Below are positions 20,112 through 28,860 of a DNA stretch of 37,907 nucleotides, in pieces; position 1 is the stretch's first letter, and each line of letters starts with the position of its first letter. Where the stretch lies: the UHGV virus genome UHGV-1993895; one strand, 5' to 3'. The notes below the pieces were generated by a model, which did not search any database, was not told the origin of the DNA, and saw only the letters and a list, made by a program, of their open reading frames with translations. Position numbers and translations under genes: made by a program. This DNA is from a virus.

Positions 20112-20617
20112 TCATTGCTGCCCCCACAAACAGACTTCACGCTCAATCTCACGGCGAGTCATCAGCCCTTTCCATTGCTTACCGCCAGCGTATGTCCAGC
20201 GACGTAGCTGGTCACATGCGCCATTGATATCGCCCTGGTTGATTTTGCGAAGAAGCGTCGATGTTCTGAAATTGCCTGCGCCCACGTTATAGACGAACGA
20301 ATAAAGAGCGCCGCGCGTTGTTTCCGGTATATCGACTTTGATGTACGGGTTAATTTGTCTGGCGACCGTGGCAAGGTCTTTATTCAGGAGGGCTTTGCAT
20401 TCTGCTTCGGNNNNNNNNNNTTACCGAGCATGATGTCTTTTCCGGTATGTCCGTGACATACAGTCCATACACCAACAATATCTTTGTATGGTATGTAGCT
20501 GACACCTTCCAGACCATCGTTACCACTTGGCCCAGTGATTAACACAGATGCTATAGCAATAGCCCCACCACTTATCGCCGCTATTACGCTATTTCGTAGT
20601 GCCGGTGACATTGCCAT
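20112..20617 (-). CDS. R: SAR endolysin (lysozyme), interrupted by a 10-N assembly gap
   Basis: N-terminal SAR domain [28 protein letters not shown] and catalytic region; frame resumes after the Ns ([22 protein letters not shown]) to a stop at 20112-20114; length across the gap is not a multiple of 3. Confidence 0.7.
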
Positions 20618-20792
20618 TCAATCTGTCCTCGCGCTCTTTGCGCTTGTAGTACCAGTTGATGCCAAATGTGCCGACAGTACAAAGAATACCAATGATGACA
20701 GCCCAGTCATTCAGGGAGAGAATGCCACCCATCGCAGTCAGTCCTCCGAAGCTGTAACTGAACCATTCTCTGATTTTGTCCATACGGTACAT
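20589..20792 (-). CDS. S: Holin with dual start motif (MYRM)
   Basis: 67 aa, two hydrophobic segments and a charged C-terminus; overlaps the endolysin start. Confidence 0.7.
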   Translation of the reverse strand: MYRMDKIREWFSYSFGGLTAMGGILSLNDWAVIIGILCTVGTFGINWYYKRKEREDRLNGNVTGTTK

Positions 20793-21036
20793 GCTCTACC
20801 CCTTCATTGAGGGGATTTGCTCTATTTAATTAGGAATAAGGTCGATTACTGATAGAACAAATCCAGGCTACTGTGTTTAGTAAACAGATTTGTTCGTGAC
20901 CGATATGCACGGGCAAAACGGCAGGAGGTTGTTAGCGCGACCTCCTGCCACCCGCTTTCACGAAGGTCATGTGTAGAAGGCCGCAGCGTAACTATCAATG
21001 ATGAATTCAGGATAGCCAGTGGCTACGGCTCAGTTA

Positions 21037-21112
21037 TGGTGCTGGTTAACGGACTTGAACCGCTACCCATTCGCTTACAAGGCGACTGCTCTACCATTGG
21101 AGCTAAACCAGC
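21037..21112 (-). tRNA. tRNA-Thr (anticodon UGU)
   Basis: Hand-folded cloverleaf: 7/7 acceptor stem GCTGGTT/AACCAGC, G18G19, T-loop GGTTCAAGTCC, anticodon loop CTTGTAA, encoded 3' ACCA. Confidence 0.55.
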
Positions 21113-21117
21113 ATATT

Positions 21118-21192
21118 TGGCGGGACAGCGTGGACTCGAACCACGATAAGAAGGTTAACAGCCTTCCGTAATGACCTTTATACGACTGACCC
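21118..21192 (-). tRNA. tRNA-Asn (anticodon GUU), one acceptor-stem mismatch
   Basis: Perfect anticodon stem with loop CTGTTAA, T-arm CGTGG-TTCGAGT-CCACG, discriminator G, encoded CCA; 3-bp D-stem and a T-T mismatch at 4-69. Confidence 0.45.
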
Positions 21193-21262
21193 AAATAAAA
21201 AATCCCGAAACCGTTGTGCAGGCTCTAACTATTACCTGCGAACTGTTTCGGGATTGCATTTT
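21193..21262 (-). terminator. tR'-like late terminator (end of 6S-like leader RNA)
   Basis: Long minus-strand stem (AATCCCGAAAC / GTTTCGGGATT plus inner pairing) followed by TTTTTTATTT; lies about 195 nt downstream of the PR'-like promoter, as in lambda. Confidence 0.6.
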
Positions 21263-21388
21263 GCAGACCTCTCAGCCTGCGATGGTTGGAGTTCCAGACG
21301 ATACGTCGAAGTGACCAACTAGGCGGAATCGGTAGTAAGCGCCGCCTCTTTTCATCTCACTACCACAACGAGCGAATTAACCCATCGT

Positions 21389-21424
21389 TGAGTCAAATTT
21401 ACCCAACTTTATTCAATAAGTCAA
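21389..21424 (-). promoter_or_regulatory. Late promoter PR' with qut-type region (target of Q)
   Basis: Minus strand TTGACT-17 nt-TAAATT followed by TGACTCAACGATGGGTTAATTCG, matching the lambda PR'/qut arrangement as remembered. Confidence 0.55.
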
Positions 21425-21466
21425 TATCATGCCGTTAATATGTTGCCATCCGTGGCAATCATGCTG

Positions 21467-22090
21467 CTAACGTGTGACCGCATTCAATATGTTGTCTGCG
21501 ATTGACTCTTCTTTGTGGCATTGCACCACCAGAGCGTCATACAGCGGCTTAACAGTGCGTGACCAGGTGGGTTGAGTAAGGTTTGGGATTAGCATCGTTA
21601 CAGCGCGATATGCGGCGCTTGCTGGCATTCTTGAATAGCCGACACCTTTGCATCTTCCGCACTCTTTCTCAACAACTCTCCCCCACTGCTCTGTTTTGGC
21701 TATATCAACCGCACGGCCTGTACCGTGGCAATCTCTGCATCTTGCGCCCGGCGTCGCGGCACTACGGCAATAATCCGCATAAGCGAATGTTGCGAGCACT
21801 TGCAGTACCTTTGCCTTAGTATTTCCTTCAAGCTTTGCCACACCACGGTATTTCCCCGATACCTTGTGTGCAAATTGCATCAGATAGTTGATAGCCTTTT
21901 GTTTGTCGTTCTGGCTGAGTTCGTGCTTACCACAGAATGCAGCCATTCCGAATCCGGCTTGTGATTGCGCCATCCCCATAGCAGCCATCACATCAGTACC
22001 GGAAAGAGAGTCAGAAGCCGTAGCCCGTGGTGAGTCGCTCATCATCGGGCTTTTTGGCGAGTGAAATTTAGCTACGCTTTCGAGTCTCAT
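21467..22090 (-). CDS. Q: Late-gene antiterminator Q (lambda type)
   Basis: 207-aa protein MRLESVAKFHSPKSPMMSDSPRATASDSLSGTDVMAAMGMAQSQAGF recognised as lambda Q; upstream of PR'/tR'. Confidence 0.9.
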   Translation of the reverse strand: MRLESVAKFHSPKSPMMSDSPRATASDSLSGTDVMAAMGMAQSQAGFGMAAFCGKHELSQNDKQKAINYLMQFAHKVSGKYRGVAKLEGNTKAKVLQVLATFAYADYCRSAATPGARCRDCHGTGRAVDIAKTEQWGRVVEKECGRCKGVGYSRMPASAAYRAVTMLIPNLTQPTWSRTVKPLYDALVVQCHKEESIADNILNAVTR

Positions 22091-22275
22091 CGTCTTCCCT
22101 TTTTGCCTGGCGTGACCATCAGGACGCCGTTAACTATTACGTGACGCTCGCCTTTGCTGTCTCGGTTGTACTTGAGCACTGTTCCTCTTGCGCAGGAAAG
22201 CATCCTCGCCACTTCGGTCTGATTGCCTCGTGTCTGGATAAGAAGCTCTGGTATCGTTTGAATTGTGGCGTTCAT
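22087..22275 (-). CDS. ninH: NinH-like small DNA-binding protein
   Basis: GNQTEVARMLSCARGTVLKY motif like lambda NinH; directly upstream of Q. Confidence 0.65.
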   Translation of the reverse strand: MNATIQTIPELLIQTRGNQTEVARMLSCARGTVLKYNRDSKGERHVIVNGVLMVTPGKKGRR

Positions 22276-22634
22276 ACGTTCTCCAGTTCGGTGATTTTTA
22301 TTCCAAGCCTTCCGCCTGGTACTTTCACGCCACGAATTACGCGAATGTCATCGAATTGCTCGTCGTCTTCCGCAAATCCGGCGTGGATAAGGGAGTCGAG
22401 TAAACCCTTCAGGATGTTATCGAGGTCGCGGCGGCGGGAGTCTGGAACGTCTGCGATGACTTTGATGCGGAGTCGTGATTTGGTGAAAATATCTAACTTG
22501 AGTTGGCGGATGATTTGCTGAACGTCTTTTCGGTATTTCTGGCCTTTATCGCTGATGTAGTATTGGCTTCCCCGTCTTCGCCAGTAGGTATTCACCGACG
22601 GCGGGTATGGAAGCACAAACTGATATTCGTTCAT
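22272..22634 (-). CDS. rusA: Holliday junction resolvase RusA
   Basis: 120 aa with PPSVNTYWRRRG, DVPDSRRRDLDN and GGRLGIKITEL motifs typical of RusA. Confidence 0.8.
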   Translation of the reverse strand: MNEYQFVLPYPPSVNTYWRRRGSQYYISDKGQKYRKDVQQIIRQLKLDIFTKSRLRIKVIADVPDSRRRDLDNILKGLLDSLIHAGFAEDDEQFDDIRVIRGVKVPGGRLGIKITELENV

Positions 22635-22921
22635 GACTTAATCTTCCCCTCCTTCAGCAGTATCGCCTGCGTCCTGATCACGCCTTCGAGGTGGTAAAGT
22701 CTGGCGTCTTTGTTGTCGAGGTTATGGGTGCGTCGGTCGACTTCATCGTGACACGCGCTACAAGCCCATGCGCCGATCAGGTCGTCAGGTTTCATTCCCG
22801 TTCCGCAAATTCCAGCCATCCGGTAATGTGCCAGAACTGTAGTTTCAGGGTTGCCATTGCATACGCCGTAAATACGTACCTGGCATTCTCTGCCGCGCGC
22901 TTCTTTGCGTAGGTTAGCCAT
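22631..22921 (-). CDS. YbcO-like (DUF1364) Cys-rich putative nuclease
   Basis: 96 aa, ARGRECQVRIYGVCNGNPETTVLAH and CSACHDEVDRRTH; nin-region synteny. Confidence 0.65.
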   Translation of the reverse strand: MANLRKEARGRECQVRIYGVCNGNPETTVLAHYRMAGICGTGMKPDDLIGAWACSACHDEVDRRTHNLDNKDARLYHLEGVIRTQAILLKEGKIKS

Positions 22922-23126
22922 TTACCTTCCCTCGCAACTGAAGAATTGACTGAAGGTCTTTTTTAATAAATATGCGAGTGCGAATTGAGCAGTAGTTTTC
23001 CTTCATTCTGGCGTAGTAATAGTCCTTTCGTTGTTTAAGCTTGTTGGCATCCGCTGTCATCCAGTCTTTTACAGCAAACTTAATTAACCAGCGGTGGCAG
23101 AGATACCATTTCAGGTAATCACTCAT
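22914..23126 (-). CDS. Hypothetical 70-aa nin-region protein
   Basis: ORF overlapping the ninF stop by 8 nt; no recognisable family. Confidence 0.35.
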   Translation of the reverse strand: MSDYLKWYLCHRWLIKFAVKDWMTADANKLKQRKDYYYARMKENYCSIRTRIFIKKDLQSILQLRGKVNG

Positions 23127-23295
23127 CGTTTTCTTCCTCGTACATTGAGCTATTCGGATCGCTCATCAGTTCTGCGCAGCAGTGCTCACACACGTGAACT
23201 TCCAGCACATGCAGCTTCTGACCGCAGTTAGCGCACGTTAAAGCCCGCTCGACGCTTTCTTTCTGGTATTGAAGTGATTGGGATGGACTAAGCAT
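23119..23295 (-). CDS. ninF: NinF-like Cys-rich small protein (58 aa, below ORF-track cutoff)
   Basis: Hand translation [50 protein letters not shown] with CxxC...CxxC, lambda NinF-like. Confidence 0.5.
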   Translation of the reverse strand: MLSPSQSLQYQKESVERALTCANCGQKLHVLEVHVCEHCCAELMSDPNSSMYEEENDE

Positions 23296-23698
23296 TATTG
23301 GCGTCCTGCATCATGAGAAATACAATCATGGCGGCGCGGAGTGTGTTGTTGTCTATGGTAATAAATTCACAAAATCTATCCGCCTCCCACCAATATTCAT
23401 TCTTCATTCCAGGATTATTTCTTTCGTATGCACATATGCTGATATGATGTTTTGCGATTACAGGCCATGAGGCGCTCGGATCATTGCAGTAGTCAGGTAA
23501 AGGGTTTAATGGCTCAAAAGTTGTATCAGCATTTCCGTAATACCATTTGTTGGTGTTATTCCCTGACGTTTCCGGTTTACATGCCCAAAGGCCTTTAAAA
23601 ATTATGTCTCCTACCATTCTGTTAATTTCAAAATCACTTAACTGTGAATAATCCATTGTCATTTCCTCGCACGATGTCTTAGCCACCGGATATCCCAC
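23288..23698 (-). CDS. Nin-region protein of unknown function (tentatively NinX/DUF2591-like; family name from memory)
   Basis: 136-aa ORF (GTG start; alternative ATG 36 nt downstream at MTMDY); Trp/Tyr-rich; nin-region synteny. Confidence 0.55.
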   Translation of the reverse strand: MGYPVAKTSCEEMTMDYSQLSDFEINRMVGDIIFKGLWACKPETSGNNTNKWYYGNADTTFEPLNPLPDYCNDPSASWPVIAKHHISICAYERNNPGMKNEYWWEADRFCEFITIDNNTLRAAMIVFLMMQDANNA

Positions 23699-23835
23699 AG
23701 GTGAGCCGTGTAGTTGAAGGTTTTTACGTCAGATTCTTTTGGGATTTGCTTGCGTTTATTTCTGGAGCGTTTCGTTGGAAGGTATTTGCAGTTTTCGCAG
23801 ATGATGTCGGTGATACTTCGTCGCTGTCGTCTCAT
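23659..23835 (-). CDS. ninE: NinE
   Basis: [29 protein letters not shown], lambda NinE-like; internal ATG chosen (ORF track starts at 23895); start overlaps the ninB stop. Confidence 0.7.
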   Translation of the reverse strand: MRRQRRSITDIICENCKYLPTKRSRNKRKQIPKESDVKTFNYTAHLWDIRWLRHRARK

Positions 23836-24272
23836 GCCGCCCTGTCTCCCCATCGCGCTTTCCATTCCAGAGCCAGTCTCGCTTCGTCTGACCACTTAAC
23901 TCCACGCTCTGTACCGAATGCCTGTATAAGCTCTAATAGCTCCGCAAATTCGCTTACACGCATCCTGCTGGTTGACTGGCCTATTACCACAAAGCCATTC
24001 CCGGCAAGGTTAGGAACAACATCCTGCTGCTTTAATGCTGCGGTAAACACACACTTCCAGCTTTCTGCATCCAGCCAGCGACCATGCCATTCAACCTGAC
24101 GAGAGACGTCACCTAAGCAGGCCCATAGCTTCCTGTTTTGGTCTAAGCTGCGGTTGCGTTCCTGAATGGTTACTACGATTGGTTTGGTTGGGTCTGGAAG
24201 GATTTGCTGTACTGCGTGAATAGCGTTTTGCTGATGTGCTGGAGACCGAATTTCAAAGGTTAGTTTTTTCAT
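23832..24272 (-). CDS. ninB: NinB (Orf-family recombination mediator)
   Basis: [64 protein letters not shown] recognised as lambda NinB; start at internal ATG. Confidence 0.85.
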   Translation of the reverse strand: MKKLTFEIRSPAHQQNAIHAVQQILPDPTKPIVVTIQERNRSLDQNRKLWACLGDVSRQVEWHGRWLDAESWKCVFTAALKQQDVVPNLAGNGFVVIGQSTSRMRVSEFAELLELIQAFGTERGVKWSDEARLALEWKARWGDRAA

Positions 24273-24290
24273 GACTTCCCTCTCCCCCAA

Positions 24291-24319
24291 ATAAAAAGGC
24301 CTGCGATTACCAGCAGGCC
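24291..24319 (-). terminator. Hairpin terminator directly after the HNH-AP2 gene (possibly bidirectional)
   Basis: GGCCTGC-loop-GCAGGCC stem with T-runs on both sides (TTTTTAT on minus, TTTATCTGTTTTT on plus). Confidence 0.4.
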
Positions 24320-24320
24320 T

Positions 24321-24932
24321 TTATCTGTTTTTAACACGCTTTCGAGTCCTTTTAGATTTTTCCTTAAGATATTCCGCAAGTTTATCCTCATCATTATTAA
24401 ATTGAGATAAAAGCTCATGCTCGCAATTAAGTGCTTTACTCGCATAAGTTCCATATAGTTTCTTTCTTGCTAGTGCTGCTATGAATGCTGCATCTTCTTT
24501 GCTATCGAAATACCCTAACGATATTGTCTTATTTTTATAACCAACATAAGACTTCCACCTGCCAGTTGGCTTATACCAAGACACTCCAATTGCACCGGAT
24601 GTGTTTAATCTATTCCCTACAATGTTTCTTGCATTCTGCTCTTCTGTTGCCAGTCTTAGGTTTGAAATCCTATTGTCAAGTCTGTTCCCATTTACATGAT
24701 CAATAAACTTAGGAGGCCATTTTTTGTATACATAGAACCAAGCAAGTCTATGCGCCTTATACAAAACATTGTTTATACTAATGCATATATAACCACCACT
24801 AACACCTCCAGCAATACTACCTTTTACTCTTACTACTGAATTTGTTTTTAGCCATTTAAATATTCCTGTTTCTGAGTCATATGATAATGTTGACAGAAGC
24901 TCATCGTGATCAATTAGTTTTTTTATTCGCAT
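24321..24932 (-). CDS. HNH homing endonuclease with C-terminal AP2 DNA-binding domain
   Basis: HRLAWFYVYKKWPPKFIDHVNGNRLDNRISNLRLAT (HNH) then GVSWYKPTGRWKSYVGYKNKTISLGYFDSKEDAA (AP2-like); strongly AT-rich. Confidence 0.75.
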   Translation of the reverse strand: MRIKKLIDHDELLSTLSYDSETGIFKWLKTNSVVRVKGSIAGGVSGGYICISINNVLYKAHRLAWFYVYKKWPPKFIDHVNGNRLDNRISNLRLATEEQNARNIVGNRLNTSGAIGVSWYKPTGRWKSYVGYKNKTISLGYFDSKEDAAFIAALARKKLYGTYASKALNCEHELLSQFNNDEDKLAEYLKEKSKRTRKRVKNR

Positions 24933-25013
24933 AAAGAATATACTTAATAATATATACAGTAAGAACCATTAGTAACGATAACCCTGCTATTAACTCAGTG
25001 ATGTAGATGGTCA

Positions 25014-26465
25014 TCAGAATCCTCCTTTCTTCTTGGACTGCGGTTCCTCGCGTTCACGGCGGCGCATTTCAGCAGACTGTTGGTCTGTGTCATAAATAGC
25101 GCCATTTGCCTGAATGCAATACACAGTGCCGGTATTGCCATGACGATTGAGACGAAGGATTAGTTCAGTTTCACCAGGTGGAACACTGTCATCAAAAGCG
25201 CCTTCACGATGGATCCCGACCCAATAATCGCAATCCTGTTCAATCTGCCCTGTATCTCGTGAGTCACTTGGTAATGGGCGTTTATTGGTTCTGCTTTCCA
25301 GTGCGCGGTTAAGCTGCGTCAGAAGCACAACAACGCAATCAAGCTCTTTGGCAAGGTTCTTCAGTCCTTTGGTGATCATGCCGTAAGCAAGATCGTTGCG
25401 ATCGGCCTTCTCAGCAGTCATTAGTGTCAGGTAATCGACCAGAATCATGCCAACACATCCTTTTTCTCGCTTGATTCGACGGCTTTCGCTGACGATTTGA
25501 GCCAGAGATAATCCCGGCGTGTCGTCGATGTAAAGCAGGTCGATTTCACTCAAGCGATTGGCTGTTTCGATCGCCCTGTTGAAGTCACCATCGTAATCAC
25601 CCTGATAGCCGTCATCAGCGTCATTTGTCGCCGGAAGGTAAAAAATATTCGGGTTAACACCTGACTTCTGTCCCACCAGTTTTTCCAGTATCTGGTCACC
25701 TGGCATTTCAAGGCTGAACATCAGAGCGGGCTTTTTCTCATGCACTGCGCAGTTGATTGCCATCTGGCTGTATAGCGTCGTTTTCCCCATCTTAGGGCGA
25801 GCGCCAATGACAAACAGAGAGCCTTTCACCAGACCTTTCGGTGACAGCATCCTGTCCAGCGATGGGATCCCTGTGCTCATTCCTCGTTGTTCACCTGACG
25901 GGTCAAATCGCTTCTCAAGGTCGCTAACCCAGTCTTCCATGACCTCACCAAATGAGCGAAGGCCGCGACGCGATCCGGTTTTTGCATGGTCTGTCAGTTG
26001 CGTGAAAATAGCCTGAATAGCTTCGTACTTCTGCGTTGCAGTCATTCCGTTGCGGGAATAGAGCAATTCCATCGCTTCAGTCATGCGGTTGATGGCGTAG
26101 CGTTCCATTGCGGTTTCACGAACCTGCATTGCATAGGCAACGATGTTTGCTGCGCTTGGCGTGTTCTTTGCGATCTCAGCGATATAAGCAAAACCGCCAA
26201 CAGACACCGTTAACGATTTGCGCTCCAGTTCATCGAAAAGCGTCAGGCCATCTACTGGCTTTTGCTCCCGGTGCATTCTGGTTATTTCTTCGAAAAGGAT
26301 TTTGTGTGGTCGGCTGTAAAATGAATCGGGCTTCAGCATCGCCAGAACTTTCTGGACGCGCTCACTGCTGTCATCATCCAGAAGCAATCCACCAATCACC
26401 GCCTGCTCTGCCTCGATGCTATGGGGCGGCGCATAAAAATTATCGGTCATCGTGTTCACCCTCAC
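25014..26465 (-). CDS. Replicative DNA helicase (DnaB family)
   Basis: N-terminal PPHSIEAEQAVIGGLLLD, Walker A GARPKMGKTT, Walker B LVDYL; alternative start at MTDNFY (26450). Confidence 0.85.
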   Translation of the reverse strand: MRVNTMTDNFYAPPHSIEAEQAVIGGLLLDDDSSERVQKVLAMLKPDSFYSRPHKILFEEITRMHREQKPVDGLTLFDELERKSLTVSVGGFAYIAEIAKNTPSAANIVAYAMQVRETAMERYAINRMTEAMELLYSRNGMTATQKYEAIQAIFTQLTDHAKTGSRRGLRSFGEVMEDWVSDLEKRFDPSGEQRGMSTGIPSLDRMLSPKGLVKGSLFVIGARPKMGKTTLYSQMAINCAVHEKKPALMFSLEMPGDQILEKLVGQKSGVNPNIFYLPATNDADDGYQGDYDGDFNRAIETANRLSEIDLLYIDDTPGLSLAQIVSESRRIKREKGCVGMILVDYLTLMTAEKADRNDLAYGMITKGLKNLAKELDCVVVLLTQLNRALESRTNKRPLPSDSRDTGQIEQDCDYWVGIHREGAFDDSVPPGETELILRLNRHGNTGTVYCIQANGAIYDTDQQSAEMRRREREEPQSKKKGGF

Positions 26466-27339
26466 GAACTTTCAGGTAGGTATTATCGTTAAGCAGAAAA
26501 TCAAATCCCTTTTTGTGCCAGACAGTTCCGCGTTGATGGTTTGGACGCTCTTCGAACATCCATCGACAATTTTCGCCTACGTAGCTCAAATAATTTCTCC
26601 AGTCCTGCATCGTGAACCCATGCCCGTCAAGCTGGCGGGTTATCACTCCGGCTTTGCGCCAGAACGTTCGGATCTGGTTTTTACGCTTGTCATTCAGTGC
26701 GCGGATTCTTGGCGCTTCAGGAAGGATTTCGTGGTAAGCATCGACAACATCCTGACAGCTGACGGAAGGTTTTTTCTTGTCAGACTTTTTGTCTGCTGTG
26801 GCACTCTCTAATACGTCAGTATTAGAGATAATATTATTATATTCTTTATCTGTGGTAATTTGCTGGTAATCTGCTGGTACAGCATTGCTTACAGGCATTG
26901 GTATTGCTGGCTTTGAGGTGGTAATTTGCTGGTAATCTGCTGGTACAAAATTTGACTGATAATCGTCATATTTCTCTACCGAGAAAACTGAGAATTTACC
27001 GTGTGAAACCCAGTCAATCATGCCGAGTTTTTTGAACTTTCTAAGCAGGTACTGAACGCGATCTGGTTTGAGTCCTGTTTCAAACGCCAGAGAGTTTCTA
27101 CCGCCAAGTAGCTTCCCTCTGCCTACCAGAATTTCTCCTGCGTCAGTCATTACATACTCAGGCGTATGCTTTGCTTTGAGGATTAAGTGAACCCACAGAT
27201 GCGCAGCTTCTGCGTCCTTGTAAAACGGCACATCCATAATTTTACGGTGCAGCAAGGCATACCCCTTACCGCTGCTTTGATGCGGTTGTTGTAGCCTTCT
27301 GGCCTCTCTGGCTTCGGCTAGATTAGATATGTTACTCAT
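26440..27339 (-). CDS. Replication initiator (lambda O-like) with internal iteron origin
   Basis: 299 aa; duplicated peptide [10 protein letters not shown] encoded by DNA direct repeats; immediately upstream of the helicase. Confidence 0.7.
   Translation of the reverse strand: MSNISNLAEAREARRLQQPHQSSGKGYALLHRKIMDVPFYKDAEAAHLWVHLILKAKHTPEYVMTDAGEILVGRGKLLGGRNSLAFETGLKPDRVQYLLRKFKKLGMIDWVSHGKFSVFSVEKYDDYQSNFVPADYQQITTSKPAIPMPVSNAVPADYQQITTDKEYNNIISNTDVLESATADKKSDKKKPSVSCQDVVDAYHEILPEAPRIRALNDKRKNQIRTFWRKAGVITRQLDGHGFTMQDWRNYLSYVGENCRWMFEERPNHQRGTVWHKKGFDFLLNDNTYLKVREGEHDDR
26853..26947. repeat. Origin iterons inside the initiator gene, flanked by an AT-rich tract
   Basis: Two copies of TGGTAATTTGCTGGTAATCTGCTGGTACA spaced 66 bp apart, each made of three GCTGGTA(A/C) sub-repeats; AT-rich stretch at 26821-26850. 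Confidence 0.6.
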
Positions 27340-27478
27340 GACCTTTCTCCTTCTGCATCAGCTTCACCTTTTCCAACTCAGCCCGGAATCGACCAGGCTG
27401 CTTGAAGCTGGACAGGAAGCGATCACGTAGTATGTGTTTGTGAATTTTGTCCTGGTAAGGACTGAGTTGTTTTGTCAT
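27332..27478 (-). CDS. Hypothetical 48-aa protein upstream of the initiator (below ORF-track cutoff)
   Basis: Hand translation [24 protein letters not shown]; its stop overlaps the initiator start. Confidence 0.3.
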   Translation of the reverse strand: MTKQLSPYQDKIHKHILRDRFLSSFKQPGRFRAELEKVKLMQKEKGHE

Positions 27479-27510
27479 AATGACTCCTGTGGATTGATCC
27501 AGTAATTCCC

Positions 27511-27807
27511 TCAGAATTGCATATCAATTTGCTTAAAATCCTCGGTGGCGCCCGGGGATTTTTTCTTTGTGATTTCATCAAGCGCATACTTAAAAGCCCT
27601 GCTAATCGCACTGATGTCTGATGCCATTCCGAAAGCACACAAGACCGAAGCAATAAATCTCCAGTCCGTTCTGCTTATCTTCGATTCATGACAGCCAATC
27701 ATCTTTGCCAGACCGCGCTGGGTAAGCGTTGACAGGTTGATGAGTAAATCAGTTTCAGCGCGATCAATTTCTCGCTGTGTTGGCTTGCTGTAGCTTGCTT
27801 GTGCCAT
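27511..27807 (-). CDS. cII: CII-family lysogeny activator (P22 C1-like)
   Basis: 98 aa; helix-turn-helix region and C-terminus [18 protein letters not shown] resemble lambda CII; between cro and the replication genes. Confidence 0.7.
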   Translation of the reverse strand: MAQASYSKPTQREIDRAETDLLINLSTLTQRGLAKMIGCHESKISRTDWRFIASVLCAFGMASDISAISRAFKYALDEITKKKSPGATEDFKQIDMQF

Positions 27808-27922
27808 TTGTTAATTTTCCTATATTGATATTGAGTTATAGCGGCACACCCAATGGATTTGCCGCTGATGTTTGCTCACCCGGTTAGAGGTGAAAGGCCA
27901 GAACTGTTAAAGAGCAATTTGC

Positions 27923-28108
27923 TTATGCCGCTTGGCGGTAAGCACTTTCTTGATACTTCAGGGCGCCAGCTGTAACGATTTCCAATCGATAGGCGTCTTT
28001 CTCTGGGATAACTTCTTTCCACTGAGAGACTGCTGCATCGCTAATGCCTAGTGCTTTAGCAACAGCACGCTGGGTTCCGAAGTGGTCAATAACATCTTTT
28101 TTGTACAT
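27923..28108 (-). CDS. cro: Cro
   Basis: 61 aa MYKKDVIDHFGTQRAVAKALGISDAAVSQWKEVIPEKDAYRLEIVTAGALKYQ, P22 Cro-like. Confidence 0.85.
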   Translation of the reverse strand: MYKKDVIDHFGTQRAVAKALGISDAAVSQWKEVIPEKDAYRLEIVTAGALKYQESAYRQAA

Positions 28109-28122
28109 AGACTCGCTCCGAA

Positions 28123-28188
28123 ATTAAAGAACACTTAAATTATCCACCAAAGGAATCTTAAGTCAAGTTTATTTAAGATGTCTTAACT
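28123..28188. promoter_or_regulatory. OR operator region (PR/PRM) between cro and c2
   Basis: 18-bp partial dyads ATTAAAGAACACTTAAAT (28123-28140) and ATTTAAGATGTCTTAACT (28171-28188) sharing half-site ATTTAAG/CTTAAAT. Confidence 0.55.
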
Positions 28189-28839
28189 ATGAATACACAA
28201 CTGATGGGTGAGCGTATTCGCGCTCGCAGAAAAGAACTCAAGATTAGGCAGGCTGCCCTTGGCAAGATGGTTGGCGTGTCTAATGTTGCTATTTCCCAAT
28301 GGGAGCGATCTGAAACTGAGCCCAATGGCGAAAACCTATTGGCCTTAGCCAAGGCTTTGCAGTGCTCCCCTGATTACCTGTTGAAAGGAGAGGATAGTCT
28401 TTCAAACATTGCCTATCACAGCAGGCATGATCCAAGAGGTTCGTATCCTCTAATTAGTTGGGTAAGCGCAGGATGTTGGATGGAAGCTGTAGAGCCATAT
28501 CATAGGCGTGCAATAGATAACTGGTACGACACAACGGTAGATTGTTCTGAAGACTCTTTTTGGCTCGACGTTAAAGGCGATTCAATGACTGCCCCGGCAG
28601 GACTGAGTATTCCTGAGGGGATGATTATTCTCGTCGACCCAGAAGTCGAACCACGTAATGGAAAGCTGGTAGTCGCCAAACTTGAAGGAGAAAACGAGGC
28701 GACATTCAAAAAGTTAGTTATTGATGCCGGTAGAAAATTCCTGAAACCACTCAATCCACAATACCCAATGATTGAAATCAATGGGAACTGTAAAATCATT
28801 GGCGTTGTCGTTGATGCCAAGCTAGCAAACCTTCCTTAA
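28189..28839 (+). CDS. c2: C2 repressor (HTH + S24 LexA-like autopeptidase domain)
   Basis: 216 aa; HTH QAALGKMVGVSNVAISQWERSE, Ser-Lys dyad domain with GDSM; P22 C2-like. Confidence 0.9.
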   Translation: MNTQLMGERIRARRKELKIRQAALGKMVGVSNVAISQWERSETEPNGENLLALAKALQCSPDYLLKGEDSLSNIAYHSRHDPRGSYPLISWVSAGCWMEAVEPYHRRAIDNWYDTTVDCSEDSFWLDVKGDSMTAPAGLSIPEGMIILVDPEVEPRNGKLVVAKLEGENEATFKKLVIDAGRKFLKPLNPQYPMIEINGNCKIIGVVVDAKLANLP

Positions 28840-28860
28840 GGGGCTTTCGCCCCTTTTTTA
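28839..28860 (+). terminator. Rho-independent terminator after c2
   Basis: GGGGCTTTCGCCCC hairpin followed by TTTTTTATTT. Confidence 0.6.

Noticed and set aside
20162-20374. 70-aa minus-strand ORF in the lysis region
   Set aside because: Wrong frame relative to the endolysin, whose frame was traced by hand from the N gap to the stop at 20112; it is an artefact of the ORF caller being split by the Ns.
23640-23881. Apparent 1-nt frame breaks when hand-translating the printed sequence across some line junctions
   Set aside because: The ORF-track proteins read through cleanly and the breaks coincide exactly with line ends, so I treat them as a rendering offset of single printed lines rather than real frameshifts; hand-read coordinates may be off by 1 nt as a result.
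26853-26947. Direct repeats considered as a possible CRISPR array
   Set aside because: Only two long units plus sub-repeats, inside a coding sequence and encoding a duplicated peptide, with no spacer structure; they are origin iterons.
27423-27653. 76-aa ORF overlapping the CII-like gene and the initiator upstream region
   Set aside because: Out of frame with the well-supported CII-like gene and with the small coupled ORF at 27332-27478.
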